Shown here: positions 62,094 through 64,000 of the stretch, piece after piece | Numbering within the stretch: the stretch's first letter is position 1 | Layout: every line of letters starts with the position of its first letter | Made by a program: the position numbers and the translations under genes | Origin: Octopus bimaculoides | Taxonomy: Eukaryota | Reading direction: 5' to 3' | Assembly (NCBI RefSeq): GCF_001194135.2 | Contig: NC_069000.1 | Location: 15,825,833 to 15,889,832 of the forward strand | DNA: 64,000 nt | Notes under the pieces: model-generated | Told to the model about the DNA's origin: nothing | Database searches by the model: none | Seen by the model: only the letters and a program-made list of their open reading frames with translations

Positions 62094-64000
62094 GTAAGAC
62101 TATTTGCTGCTCATGAATGGTTGCATTTCTTACTCTTGTTAAAGTTACTAAGATATATTCTATTTTAAACATACAAGCTTATGTTAATGTGTGTCTGCAC
62201 ATGCATGCATGTGTATGTGTGTGTGTGTGTGTGTGTGTTTATGTATATCTATGTATGTATTTATGTATCCATGTGTGTGTGTGGGTGGATACATATCATT
62301 TGTTTGTTCATTTTACAGGTTTAACATAGGTCAGACGAATATATTGCCGAGGCATTTGTTTTACAGCTGGATGCCCGTATTATCGATAACCCTGACATGT
62401 TTTTCAAATAAACAATCTCTTATTGAACATGTCTTCAAAGTTGCAAAACCAGTGGACATTTCGTAGACAAGGAAAATAATGTCACCACATGTATCTCAGT
62501 GATTTTGAAGAAGCACAGATGTAGGAATACATACATGCCTCCTCCACTCTCCCCTCACACACAAATACACACATCATTATCATCATTATCATAATTTAAT
62601 GCCCATGCTCCATGTCAAACCATGCATAAGATGGTTTGACAGGATCCAGTGTGTCCAAGAACTGCATTGTGCTCCAATGTCTGTCTTGGCATGGTGTCTA
62701 TGGCAGGATGCTCTTCCTAACACTAACCACTTCCCAGTGTTGACTGGGTGCATTTTTCATGCCACATGCACTATTGTGGTCACCATGCAAGTTGCAGAAC
62801 TACAAACCTGGGGGAAGATTCAGCCTCATACTGGGATATGAGAGAATTGACCTATGAGAAGCAGGTAGGCAGCTGTGCAGCAGCTGTGCAGCTTCTTGCA
62901 GGGGATCTGCATAGCTACTTACATCTAGTGGAGGAAAAGGAGAGAAAGAGAAAAATGAACAGTAAGGGCTGCTCGAGATACATAATGGCAGTAAGGTGTC
63001 TAGATGGTCCCACAAGGCACAAAGTGAGTTGAAGAATCAGTTTGCAAGATTGTATAGGAAAGAGAATGTGTAGATGGGGAGACAGGCTGCCAAAATGGGT
63101 AGGGTTGAAGGATGGATGAGCAAGGAGTCGCAAGTTGGGGGAGATAGAGGGATGCAGAAGAGAGTGGTGGTGGGCAGCAGCAGGAGTAGCAAAGATACAG
63201 TTGTCATGGTGGAGGACAAGAGAGAGGGATGATATGGTTGGGTAGTCTGCAGAAGCTGATGGGGAAGAGAGAAGAGGCAGGCCTAATGCATGGGAATTGG
63301 GGGAATGAATCACTGTAGTGTTGGTGGAGAGCACTATACATAACCTTTTCAGAACTATATTTCACTGACAAAGGCAGGTCTGTTTGAGAACCTCATATTG
63401 CTGGAAATCCTGGTCCTTTATCATCCCCTCTGACAGGCTCTGGGTCCTGAGGTCAACGTTAACCACTTCATCTCATGTCTTCCTGCCTCCTCTCCTTCTT
63501 CTGCAAGTCCTGGTTCCAATTAGTATTTGCTACTTCCTTTTACAGCTGTCCCCATCCCTACACATCACATGTCCATACCAGCTCAGTCTTCTTTTTTGCA
63601 CGCCACATCTGATTCACTCAGCAGCTTTGAGTGAAAAAGAATCACTCACATTGCACATCCAGTAGAGCATGCTCACCCCATTCTTTCCAGCCTTCTCAAC
63701 TTCTCTGCATTTAAGGCCCATGTCTTATTTTCATGCAGCATTGCTGTTCTGTCACAGGCAACCAGTCTGCTCAGCAGCAGTAATATCTCCTTGAACTTCT
63801 CTAACCAGTTCACTCTAACACTTCATATGTGTCTCAGAGTGGTTGGCGTTAGGAATGGCATCCAGCTGTAGAAACTCTGCCAAATCAGATTGGAGCCTGG
63901 TGTAGCCATCTGGTTTCACCAGTCCTCAGTCAAATCGTCCAACCCATGCTAGCATGGAAAGCGGACGTTAAACGATGATGATGATATATATATATACTCT

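Noticed and set aside
1-64000. CRISPR arrays, rRNA genes, prokaryotic operons or mitochondrial insertions
   Set aside because: None seen. All tandem arrays lack unique spacers, and the AT-rich block at 28630-29590 shows no mitochondrial gene or tRNA signature.

Overview
AT-rich, microsatellite-dense animal genomic DNA with many N-gaps. The SINE and LINE families and the (TA)n/(CA)n/(GAT)n load suggest an octopus (coleoid cephalopod); this is inference. I could reconstruct four protein-coding genes by hand from GT-AG exon chains with consistent reading-frame phases. (1) The 3' five exons of COQ9 (+, 692-6134). (2) A SOCS6 orthologue with an intronless CDS (-, 18815-20818). (3) A Mind-bomb-2-like ankyrin-repeat/double-RING E3 ligase (-, at least 9 coding exons, 29999-51754, about 600 aa, start codon not visible). 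(4) The 5' five exons of GPATCH1 (+, 55949-62093), lying head-to-head with the MIB2-like gene. The rest is transposon debris: Tc1, mariner, hAT, piggyBac-like and Merlin-like MITEs, RTE, CR1, R4/Dong-like and HERO/NeSL-like LINEs, a Penelope-like RT, a Gypsy gag and several SINE families. I see no strong evidence for a wholly new multi-gene system. The best leads are the MIB2-like gene with no visible N-terminal substrate modules and an internally expanded ankyrin exon, several long fold-back structures in or near its transcript (candidate ADAR or small-RNA substrates), a uORF whose stop overlaps the SOCS6 start codon, and Merlin-type MITEs carrying telomeric repeats. Almost all ORFs in the supplied track are microsatellite or N-gap artefacts.
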